The notes beneath the pieces were generated by a model. The model was given only the letters and a program-made list of their open reading frames with translations. It was not told the DNA's origin and searched no databases. Both the position numbers and the translations under genes were made by a program. DNA of 16,630 nucleotides from the NCBI GenBank assembly GCA_964566495.1, contig CAZMIT010000031.1:1-16630 (forward strand), given 5' to 3'. Positions 1-7,271 of this stretch are shown here, one piece after another (position 1 is the first letter of the stretch; each line of letters starts with the position of its first letter). The DNA is from an uncultured bacterium. GTDB taxonomy: Bacteria > T1Sed10-126.

Positions 1-2
1 TT

Positions 3-1457
3 GACCAGTATGAACGGGGCAATAACGTCTGTCTGGTTATTGACGAAGCACAGAACTTGGACTATGACGTGCTGGAAAACCTGCGGCTTTTGTCCAACTT
101 TGAGACAGACAAGGAAAAGCTCTTCCAGATTGTGCTGGTTGGTCAACCAGAACTTAATAGCCTGCTGGGAGAAAAAGAGTTGCGCCAGTTAAAACAACGG
201 ATTGCGGTGCGCAGTCACCTGTCTAACCTCGACAGGAAAGAAACCCGGGAGTATGTGCTGCACCGATTGGAGGTAGCCCAACCGGAAAAGCCGGTAAAAA
301 TAAGCCGGGACGTGTTCGACGAACTCTACCGGGTGACACGTGGTAATCCGAGGCTGATAAACTTAATTTGTGATCGCGCCCTGATGGCCGCTTATGTGGA
401 GGAGACACAGCTGATCAGCAAGCAGCACCTTGTGACAGCGGCCGAAGAGCTGTTAGAGGAGGAAAACGATTATGAAAACGGTTACCTGGCCAGCTCACGA
501 GCAATACGACGGCTCCGCGCGCTTATAAATTCCTCCTGCTTGAACGACAAGCTAAAAAACCCCGGCTGGCTGTTGAGAGCAGCTGCAGCAGTCCTGGCTG
601 TCTTACTGCTGGGCGGAGGCCTGGGTTGGGTAATAAACCATGTGCAAACAACTCTATCACCTGATTCACCTGTTATCAGTCCGGGAGAAGTAGGGGAGGA
701 AGTGGTTTCAAAAACAGAGACAGAGAAGGAAGAGATACTCGAAGAACCGCTGCCAAATCCGCTGAGGGTAAGACCGGTAGCCGCGGAGCAACTGCCAGAG
801 GACCGGGGGAAATTTTTAAGTTTGAGCAGACTGGTAAGTTTCTACTACGCCCAAACAAACAATGAACAAAATATAGACATAGAGAGTTATGATTATAAGG
901 CAGAAGCAGATATAACGAAATATTTACCTGATATATTGCCATCTAAACCAACTGAGTTAAAGTTAAGTATTGATTACTTATCGGAAGTTAAAATGCCAAT
1001 TTTGGGATTGTGGGGGAAAGAAGAAAGTCGTTACGTCCTTGTAACTCCGGAGCTTAATGATCAAATCTGGGACCCGGTTGGCGGCTGGACTGATCTAAAC
1101 GGCGAGACAGCTGCAAGAAAATGGCAGGAAAAAATTATTGTTTTCCCTGAAGAGATGACTATTGATCCAGCTACAACTTACAGAATCTGGATGGAAAACG
1201 AGGAAATTCCGAAGATCCAGGGACTGTTGAATATGGCGGGCGATTACGACTTGCCCGGAACTGAATTTTTCGGCCCACAGACCGAGAGTTCTGTTGAAGA
1301 TTTTCAGGAAAAGATGGGCTTAGAACCAGACGGTGAGGTTGGCCAAGAGACCCTGGCGCTACTATTAAGTGAATCGGGACGCGGAGAACCGATCTGGACA
1401 GAAGCAGAAATTGATTCATTTATAAGGAGGTTAAGCGACAGGGATGTCACTAATTAA
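3..1457 (+). CDS. exeA: ExeA/GspA-family AAA ATPase with TM segment and C-terminal peptidoglycan-binding domain (5'-truncated by the window edge)
   Basis: The frame is open upstream of the ORF-track start and reads DQYERGNNVCLVIDEAQNL (Walker B), followed by LRLLSNFET..K..QIVLVGQPEL and RQLKQRI, typical of ExeA. Hydrophobic segment AAAAVLAVLLLGGGLGWVI. C-terminal FGPQTESSVEDFQEKMGLEPDGEVGQETL matches the PG_binding_1 pattern. Confidence 0.9.
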   Translation, partial: DQYERGNNVCLVIDEAQNLDYDVLENLRLLSNFETDKEKLFQIVLVGQPELNSLLGEKELRQLKQRIAVRSHLSNLDRKETREYVLHRLEVAQPEKPVKISRDVFDELYRVTRGNPRLINLICDRALMAAYVEETQLISKQHLVTAAEELLEEENDYENGYLASSRAIRRLRALINSSCLNDKLKNPGWLLRAAAAVLAVLLLGGGLGWVINHVQTTLSPDSPVISPGEVGEEVVSKTETEKEEILEEPLPNPLRVRPVAAEQLPEDRGKFLSLSRLVSFYYAQTNNEQNIDIESYDYKAEADITKYLPDILPSKPTELKLSIDYLSEVKMPILGLWGKEESRYVLVTPELNDQIWDPVGGWTDLNGETAARKWQEKIIVFPEEMTIDPATTYRIWMENEEIPKIQGLLNMAGDYDLPGTEFFGPQTESSVEDFQEKMGLEPDGEVGQETLALLLSESGRGEPIWTEAEIDSFIRRLSDRDVTN

Positions 1458-1659
1458 AGAAGCGCTGGACCGCAGCGAAGAGAGACGCAACGGCACACGC
1501 CAACTGCCAGGGGCTGCCGACAGTGAAGACTACCAGCTGGAATTCAATGAGGGGAAAGGGTCCGAAAACTCGTGGTCGATACTGGCGGTTCTGATAGTAA
1601 TCCTGGCAGCAGCGCTGGGCGGCCAGTTAGTGGTTTTGTTGACCTTTTTATGGTCATAG
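1444..1659 (+). CDS. Short ExeB/GspB-like membrane protein (N-terminal motif plus TM only)
   Basis: MSLIKEALDRSEERR resembles the GspB N-terminal motif (MSxILxAL++SExER). Overlaps the exeA end by 14 bp, SD TAAGGAGGT at 1423-1431, C-terminal hydrophobic stretch ILAVLIVILAAALGGQLVVLLTFLW. Confidence 0.65.
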   Translation: MSLIKEALDRSEERRNGTRQLPGAADSEDYQLEFNEGKGSENSWSILAVLIVILAAALGGQLVVLLTFLWS

Positions 1660-1671
1660 GTCGATAGATAG

Positions 1672-1710
1672 ATGGATTCCGGCTCGAGGGCCGGAGGGCT
1701 CGAAATGGCG
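1672..1710. repeat. Degenerate REP-like palindromic unit
   Basis: ATGGATTCCGGC-TCGAGG-GCCGGA...AATGGCG has the same architecture as the unit at 3254-3282 (ATGGATTGCGGA-TCAAG-TCCGCAATGACG). Confidence 0.5.
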
Positions 1711-1720
1711 AGCGGGTGTC

Positions 1721-1772
1721 TATATTATGTAAAATTGGGAATCGGCAACTATTCCCAATTTTACATAATATA
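1721..1772. repeat. Perfect inverted repeat, 22-bp arms with 8-nt spacer
   Basis: TATATTATGTAAAATTGGGAAT (1721-1742), spacer CGGCAACT, ATTCCCAATTTTACATAATATA (1751-1772); the arms are exact reverse complements. Confidence 0.97.
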
Positions 1773-1785
1773 ACTTATCGGAAGT
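1758..1785 (-). other. dif: dif-type XerC/XerD recombination site
   Basis: Minus strand reads ACTTCCGATAA-GTTATA-TTATGTAAAAT (11-6-11), closely resembling B. subtilis dif (ACTTCCTAGAA TATATA TTATGTAAACT) and the E. coli XerD arm (TTATGTTAAAT). Intergenic, between convergent genes. Confidence 0.85.
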
Positions 1786-1840
1786 AACGCCAAATAAGCC
1801 TGCTTCACTACCCCGTCACCACTCTCTCTCCAAATACGCT

Positions 1841-3016
1841 TCAATCCTCTCTTAATTTAAGCAGTTGGTCGATGAAGTCTACTTTTTTTAAATTACTCTC
1901 CAGCCAGTTCATATCCGTTTCTTCGGGCCGCTTCTTTTTCTTTGACCTGACGCTGCATCGTAACTGATGGTAAAAATATATTATTAACTGCGACTGCCAA
2001 TCAATAATATCCTCGTCCGGAAACTCACCGGCCAGAAACATATAATTTTTTTCGATCAGATCAATCGCAACCGACGGCGGAAAATATCTGAGCATTTTGT
2101 ACCAGTCTCGGAAAATATAGGAAATTTGAGCATCTTCCCAATCAATAAAATAAAGGACGGAATTTTCCTCATCCACCAGGAAATTAGAAGTATGGACGTC
2201 GCCGTGAATTAGACCAACCAGTAACTTCTTGTCGCTGTTAAAAATTGTCACCAACTGCTCGGCCATTTGCCGTGGACCAATCCAGTTGGGCTGCCAGGTT
2301 ATTTTTTTAAAAAGCTTCAGAATATCAATCAGTTCGGGAGGTTTTAGCTCCTCTGAGTCCTTCCCCGAAACAAAACCCGAAAGGGCTGAACTAAGTGATC
2401 TAACCTCAACTCCCCAGGTTCTTTGCAAGCGGGTATAGGCGGGTAAAAACTGACTGCGCAAGAGATGTGTGTCACGCTTCAGGTCAAAAGTGCGAAAATT
2501 AATTACTGGTTCAGCGTAGAAGGGAGGCTCGTGGTCCAGCTTTGCCTGGTAGAGGTTTGGAGTTATCAACTCGGGAGCAATCTCCTCAAAAATCAGCCTT
2601 ACTTCCACTTCTCTATGTAGAAGTTGACGGGCTCTTTTTCCCTTCAGCCCCACCTTAACCGATGCTAGTCGCGGTTCAAAATAAAAGAGACGGGCGAACT
2701 GGCGCCCCCGGCGATAAGGACCAACAAAGACCAGTGGCGCCCGCAGCTTATAACTATCGATCAATTTATTTTCATAATCGGGTATCCCGCCGCTTTCGTG
2801 ATGGAGCTGACGTATTATCCCGTCTATCTCAGTTAGTTCTTCAGTTCCCCCCTTTTCTTCTCGATCATTGGCAAGCCAGTCCAGGTAATCAGCCGGAACT
2901 ATCCATTTGCCAAAACTATGAAAAGCTCGTTCGCTAGACTCCGGCAGAGAAAACCCCAGGGATTGCTCGACCCGACTCAGCTTATCAATTATTTTAGTCA
3001 GTTCTTCCGGCGCCAT
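1841..3016 (-). CDS. Aminoglycoside phosphotransferase / choline kinase-like (ePK-like) phosphotransferase
   Basis: 391-aa ORF with Brenner motif IHGDVHTSNFL, metal-binding FIDWEDA, and upstream VKVG...LLHREVE. Substrate not determinable. Confidence 0.8.
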   Translation of the reverse strand: MAPEELTKIIDKLSRVEQSLGFSLPESSERAFHSFGKWIVPADYLDWLANDREEKGGTEELTEIDGIIRQLHHESGGIPDYENKLIDSYKLRAPLVFVGPYRRGRQFARLFYFEPRLASVKVGLKGKRARQLLHREVEVRLIFEEIAPELITPNLYQAKLDHEPPFYAEPVINFRTFDLKRDTHLLRSQFLPAYTRLQRTWGVEVRSLSSALSGFVSGKDSEELKPPELIDILKLFKKITWQPNWIGPRQMAEQLVTIFNSDKKLLVGLIHGDVHTSNFLVDEENSVLYFIDWEDAQISYIFRDWYKMLRYFPPSVAIDLIEKNYMFLAGEFPDEDIIDWQSQLIIYFYHQLRCSVRSKKKKRPEETDMNWLESNLKKVDFIDQLLKLRED

Positions 3017-3138
3017 ACCGGTTAAAGTTGGTTTATGTTTTTTAATGGTGGACCCTCCGATCTAAGGTCATAATCATCTCCAGTAATAAAAGACTTCTTC
3101 ATCCCGGGCAAGCGCTCCGGCCTCCAGGTTGAATTTGA

Positions 3139-3282
3139 CGTCATTCCGGCACCCAAGCCGGAAGCCATCTTGAAATTTAAACGGTTATCGTTCAAGACAA
3201 CCCCCCCTTTCTTTTTCCCCCTTGAAGGGGGAAAGACAAAGGGGGGTGAAAAAATGGATTGCGGATCAAGTCCGCAATGACG
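3139..3282. repeat. Inverted pair of REP-like palindromic units enclosing a C-tract/G-tract hairpin
   Basis: Left unit CGTCATTCCGGC-ACCCAA-GCCGGAAGCCAT (3139-3168). The right unit 3254-3282 reverse-complements to CGTCATTGCGGA-CTTGA-TCCGCAATCCAT. Inner hairpin at 3201-3246. Confidence 0.75.
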
Positions 3283-3487
3283 ATCTTTTGTTCAAAACCA
3301 TCCCCCCTTTCCTTTTCTCGCCCTTAAGGGGGGGGATATGCGTTGAAAGGTTCTGCGATTGAGACTGTTGCTCTTGTGCAGATTAGCGTATATTATTTAA
3401 TTGCTGAATCAAGGTAACTATTCATCTATCCCCTCTCCCCTGGGGGGAGAGAGCCAGCCTTTTTTTCCCCCGTCAAGGGGGGAAAAA
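3201..3487. repeat. Four related pyrimidine-tract/purine-tract palindromes
   Basis: 3201-3246 CCCCCCCTTTCTTTTTCCCCCTTGAAGGGGGAAAGACAAAGGGGGG; about 3300-3337 ATCCCCCCTTT...AAGGGGGGGGAT; 3433-3451 CTCTCCCC-TGG-GGGGAGAG; 3462-3487 TTTTTCCCCC-GTCAAG-GGGGGAAAAA. Confidence 0.8.
3368..3396 (+). promoter_or_regulatory. Possible sigma70 promoter for the sulfatase-like gene
   Basis: TTGCTC-17 nt-TATTAT about 150 bp upstream of the start; only a partial match to consensus. Confidence 0.3.
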
Positions 3488-3544
3488 TAAGGTGATTAGT
3501 TCTGAATCAAGCTTTTTAACCTTAAACGCGCATTAATTAAATCA

Positions 3545-5188
3545 GTGGAGGAAGATTTTTTGAAGAGAAATTGCCTGCTTTTTCTGGTTGATTCGCTCCG
3601 TTTTGATGTGCTCCCCGACTCCGAACAGGAGCAGGGTTTGCTGGCCAAGCATGACCTGTTGAATAAATTAGAGCTAAAAAACCTGCAAAAATTAGTTGAA
3701 AAGGGCTCAATTATTCCTCGGTTGCACACGCCTTACACGGCGACACCTCCCGCCATAGCAAGTCTGCTTACAGGCAAATATCCTCGCGAACATGGTCTTT
3801 ACGGGTTCCAGTGCGAAATTTTTGAGGAGACAAAAACTCTCGCCGACTTCTTTAAAGAATCCGGATATATGACAATTATCTTTAACGGCATAAAATTACT
3901 TAGACACAACGGTTTAGGCGATAGATTTGACCTCTATCTTGAAGGACCGGTTGAGTGCTTAATTAACGAGATTAAACGTCGCAATCGGGAGGACACCCCG
4001 GTTTTCGTTTATTATCACACGATGGACGTCCACCACCCTTACCTGCTCTCTCATTATCCACCAAACCGCAGCTATCATGACCGGGCTATTGAGAAGGCGA
4101 CGGAATTAGCCGAACTACTCGGTTTTGACTACAATTTCAAACGAAGCGACGCGTTGGAGAGAGCACGAGGGGAAGACTATCCCTTCCAAGCGAGCGGTGA
4201 CCAGTTGCTCTGGCAGTTCTTAAAAACCGCCTACCACATCCACATCAAACGAGATCAAAAAATTTCCAAACCAATTGAATACATGGCTCGCTGGTATGTG
4301 GAAGGCGTCAATCATTTCGACGCCCACTCCCTGGCGCCCCTGGTTAATTTTCTACTTGAGGATGAAGACGGGCAAAACACGAATTTTTTGCTCACTGCCG
4401 ACCACGGCGAGACAATCAGAAAAAGCTCCGAGCTGCTTGGTTTTGAACACTCCGGTCCACCAGACCAGGATCTTATCCGTATACCCGGACTTTTATATGC
4501 GTCCGGCAAAGAGCCGACACCTGATGAGATAAGTTGCAGCTCGTTAGTCGACCTCCCCCCTACTCTGCTGGAATTGCATAAACTGGTCAACGACAAAGAG
4601 AATTTTTCGGGGGTTAGTCTTTTAAGAGCCGTCCCTCAAGAAAGAACTCTTTACAGCGAATACAGCGACGACAGAAAAAACAGGGGGGCAGATTTTCCTC
4701 GTCCGGCTTTTATAAACTGGGAGACGATCTTAACTTCTGATGGGTATAAATTTACCCGGGCGGGTCTACCACTAAGAGAAAAAGATTACGAGTTACCGGT
4801 CGAGAAATTTGTGGAAACGGTTTTCATCAAGCGTTTACTTGTTGAACCGGAAGAGACGGTAATTAACAAATATGCAGACGAACTTAGATCTAATGATAGC
4901 CGTCAACAGCGGGAAAAATTTGCTTTAAAAGTCGATGAACAGCGCAGTTTTTGCTCTCCAACACTAACACGTTGGCGGAAAGATCATTTAGGAAAGGACA
5001 ACTTGCTACAGGCAAATCCGTCCGATGCGCGTTATCAGAAAATGGCGGACGAGTTAGAAAGAAAACTTAACCAGAGATTCCCTGAACCGGAAGAAGTAGA
5101 AGAGCAGCGATCAAAAGAAGATAAAAAATTAAGTACTGACGAAAGTGAGGAGTTGAAAGAAGCGTTAACTGATCTTGGTTACCTGTAG
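3545..5188 (+). CDS. Sulfatase-like / alkaline phosphatase superfamily hydrolase-transferase
   Basis: Motifs LVDSLRFD, TPPAIASLLTG, HTMDVHHPY, LTADHGE, GFEH, SLVDLPPTLLEL and the C-terminal LTDLGYL tail typical of this group. Confidence 0.88.
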   Translation: MEEDFLKRNCLLFLVDSLRFDVLPDSEQEQGLLAKHDLLNKLELKNLQKLVEKGSIIPRLHTPYTATPPAIASLLTGKYPREHGLYGFQCEIFEETKTLADFFKESGYMTIIFNGIKLLRHNGLGDRFDLYLEGPVECLINEIKRRNREDTPVFVYYHTMDVHHPYLLSHYPPNRSYHDRAIEKATELAELLGFDYNFKRSDALERARGEDYPFQASGDQLLWQFLKTAYHIHIKRDQKISKPIEYMARWYVEGVNHFDAHSLAPLVNFLLEDEDGQNTNFLLTADHGETIRKSSELLGFEHSGPPDQDLIRIPGLLYASGKEPTPDEISCSSLVDLPPTLLELHKLVNDKENFSGVSLLRAVPQERTLYSEYSDDRKNRGADFPRPAFINWETILTSDGYKFTRAGLPLREKDYELPVEKFVETVFIKRLLVEPEETVINKYADELRSNDSRQQREKFALKVDEQRSFCSPTLTRWRKDHLGKDNLLQANPSDARYQKMADELERKLNQRFPEPEEVEEQRSKEDKKLSTDESEELKEALTDLGYL

Positions 5189-5194
5189 TAGTCT

Positions 5195-6262
5195 TCAGGG
5201 TTCGGGTAAATAATCGAGAGGATTGACCGGATTACCCGAGCGGCGGATCTCGAAATGGAGGTGAGGCCCGGTGGTGTAGCCGGTGCTTCCAACTCGACCT
5301 ATCGGCTGTCCCTGTTCAACGAACTGATTCGGTCGAACAAGATGTTCAGAAAGGTGAGCGTAAAGGGACTTGTAACGATTTGAGTGGATAATGGTGACAA
5401 CATTACCATAGCCGGGTATTACACCGACAAAATTGACGCGCCCCTCCCTGGCCGCGTAAGCCTTTTTTCCGTGAGCAGCAGCTATATCTATGCCAGTATG
5501 AAAAATTTCTCGGTTCTTAACGGGATGAATTCGGTCGCCAAAACCAGAAGTGATCCTTGGGTTTTCTCTGGGCAACGGCCAGATATAGTCGCTATTATTT
5601 CCGTGATCAAAGCGTAAAGTAAAGCGGTTAAGGGGCTCGGCGCCAGGAATAAACAACTCTTGACCAACGCTGAGTCGACTGGCATCCTCCAGCTGATTAA
5701 ACTCAAGTATCTCCTGCGGACTTACGCCGTAAGCGAGGTAAATATCCGAGAGCGTCTGGCCACGATTTAATTCCGTTACTACTCCATCGCGATTTGGTAT
5801 TCTTAACTCGACCCCAACCGGCAGTGAATTATAGCGACGCAGAAGGTCATAGTTAGCCGAGACGATAGTATACTGGCGGCGACCGTAAAAATTAGAGATC
5901 GCCCAGAGACTTTCTCCGGGTTCCACCTCGTGGGTTATATATTCCAGAACCTCGTGCTGTTCAAAAGGATCGATATAGTCGGTTGAAGGAGTGATAAATC
6001 CGTTCAATCCGTTGATACGACCCGAGCTACCCGTTTCCTGTTTTTGGGGAGCTTTAGTATCAGTTGGAGATAATGCTTCTTCGGGGCCTGCAATCATGAG
6101 GTCACGACCGACTTTATGTTCAAATTGTCTGTCCTGGGCGCCTGTCTGACCAAAATATCCAAGGGAAAAGTAAAGCAATAAGCCAAGCGCCACCAGACTA
6201 CCTGCAATTTTCAAGATATTGCTGTTAAAATTTCGAGGACGTTTATATTTTTTCTTGTTCAA
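5195..6262 (-). CDS. Membrane-anchored LysM-repeat M23 peptidoglycan endopeptidase
   Basis: Basic N-terminus plus TM; two LysM repeats (HEVEPGESLWAIS..., LNRGQTLSDIY...LSVGQELFIP); intact M23 Zn ligands HTGID and HLH; TTG start with AGGAG at 6279-6275. Confidence 0.93.
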   Translation of the reverse strand: MNKKKYKRPRNFNSNILKIAGSLVALGLLLYFSLGYFGQTGAQDRQFEHKVGRDLMIAGPEEALSPTDTKAPQKQETGSSGRINGLNGFITPSTDYIDPFEQHEVLEYITHEVEPGESLWAISNFYGRRQYTIVSANYDLLRRYNSLPVGVELRIPNRDGVVTELNRGQTLSDIYLAYGVSPQEILEFNQLEDASRLSVGQELFIPGAEPLNRFTLRFDHGNNSDYIWPLPRENPRITSGFGDRIHPVKNREIFHTGIDIAAAHGKKAYAAREGRVNFVGVIPGYGNVVTIIHSNRYKSLYAHLSEHLVRPNQFVEQGQPIGRVGSTGYTTGPHLHFEIRRSGNPVNPLDYLPEP

Positions 6263-6339
6263 AAGTACGTTTGACTCCTTTAAGCGGGGGTTAAAGCTTC
6301 TAATTTATCTTCGTCAATATTCGGAGAGGAGTTTAAGAG

Positions 6340-7266
6340 ATGTTGAAAGTTGTCCTTTACTTACTACCGATATCGGGGATGATGCTGTTGCGAGAGTTAT
6401 CGGAACTCTCCCGTGTTAAGATCAGCGGAGCCTTCCTTCCCGAAAAATTCCCTGATGAAACCGCTGATCAGCGCAATTTCCTGGAAGAAGCCAAAATTCC
6501 CTACACTATACCAACTAAACTGGACAAGCCCAGGGTTAAAAATTGGTTGCAGGAGAGAAAGCCGGACATAGCCTTATCCGTGGGATACGACAAACTGCTG
6601 CCGAAATCCCTGATCGAAATTCCGCCGCTCGGGACAGTTAACATGCACCCGGCGCTGCTGCCCGAATACCGTGGAGCCAACCCTTATTTTTGGGTGATAA
6701 AAAATCGCGAACCTTATTCAGGAGCAACTTTACACCTGATGGACGAAAATTTTGACACCGGCCCAATATTGAGCAGTCACAAGGTAGAGCTCGATTTAAC
6801 CGAGACCGTGGGTGAGTTATTTTATACGTTAAATGAGCTGGGCTGCACGCTGATAGTTGAATTAATCAAACAGATTAATAACAAAGGAATGCCGGAAGCT
6901 AAACAGCAGAGGGAGGTAGACGAATTATCGAAAGCGCCGCGTGTGGAGGAAAAGCACCTGCGAATAGACTGGAAGGAAAAATACAAAGAAGTCGACGCTC
7001 ACGTGCGAGCGGGGAATCCGTTTTTCGGTGCCCAGACGACATTCCGCGGCGCCGAGCTAAAAGTCTACGAGGTGGAGCGAGCGGATTTTGAACAGAAGGC
7101 CAGTCCAGGCAGCATTAAAGCGACCGATGAGGGACCGCTGGTTCGCTGCGCTGACAGCTGGGTAAAACTAAAAACTGTACGCATGGGCCACTATTACCAG
7201 GGCAGCGGTCAAATGTTTCAAAAACGAGAAAAGCAGGCGCTCTCCGTGTTAAGTAAAGTAATCTAA
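6340..7266 (+). CDS. Fmt-like N10-formyl-THF-dependent formyltransferase (N- and C-terminal domains)
   Basis: NMHPALLPEYRGANP and DENFDTGPIL catalytic motifs, plus C-terminal IDW...VRA.NP..GA.T. Lacks the FMGTP N-terminal motif of canonical Fmt. SD-like GGAGAGGAG at 6323-6331. Confidence 0.85.
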   Translation: MLKVVLYLLPISGMMLLRELSELSRVKISGAFLPEKFPDETADQRNFLEEAKIPYTIPTKLDKPRVKNWLQERKPDIALSVGYDKLLPKSLIEIPPLGTVNMHPALLPEYRGANPYFWVIKNREPYSGATLHLMDENFDTGPILSSHKVELDLTETVGELFYTLNELGCTLIVELIKQINNKGMPEAKQQREVDELSKAPRVEEKHLRIDWKEKYKEVDAHVRAGNPFFGAQTTFRGAELKVYEVERADFEQKASPGSIKATDEGPLVRCADSWVKLKTVRMGHYYQGSGQMFQKREKQALSVLSKVI

Positions 7267-7271
7267 CCCGC

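Noticed and set aside
1721..1772. Palindrome read as a simple bidirectional intrinsic terminator
   Set aside because: AT-rich stem without flanking U-tracts, and the arms carry XerD-box sequence. An incidental terminator role cannot be excluded.
1841..3016. Aminoglycoside resistance gene
   Set aside because: Only superfamily kinase motifs are visible; nothing indicates an antibiotic substrate.
3139..3487. CRISPR array or intact IS element
   Set aside because: No identical direct repeats with regular spacers, and no cas or transposase ORF.
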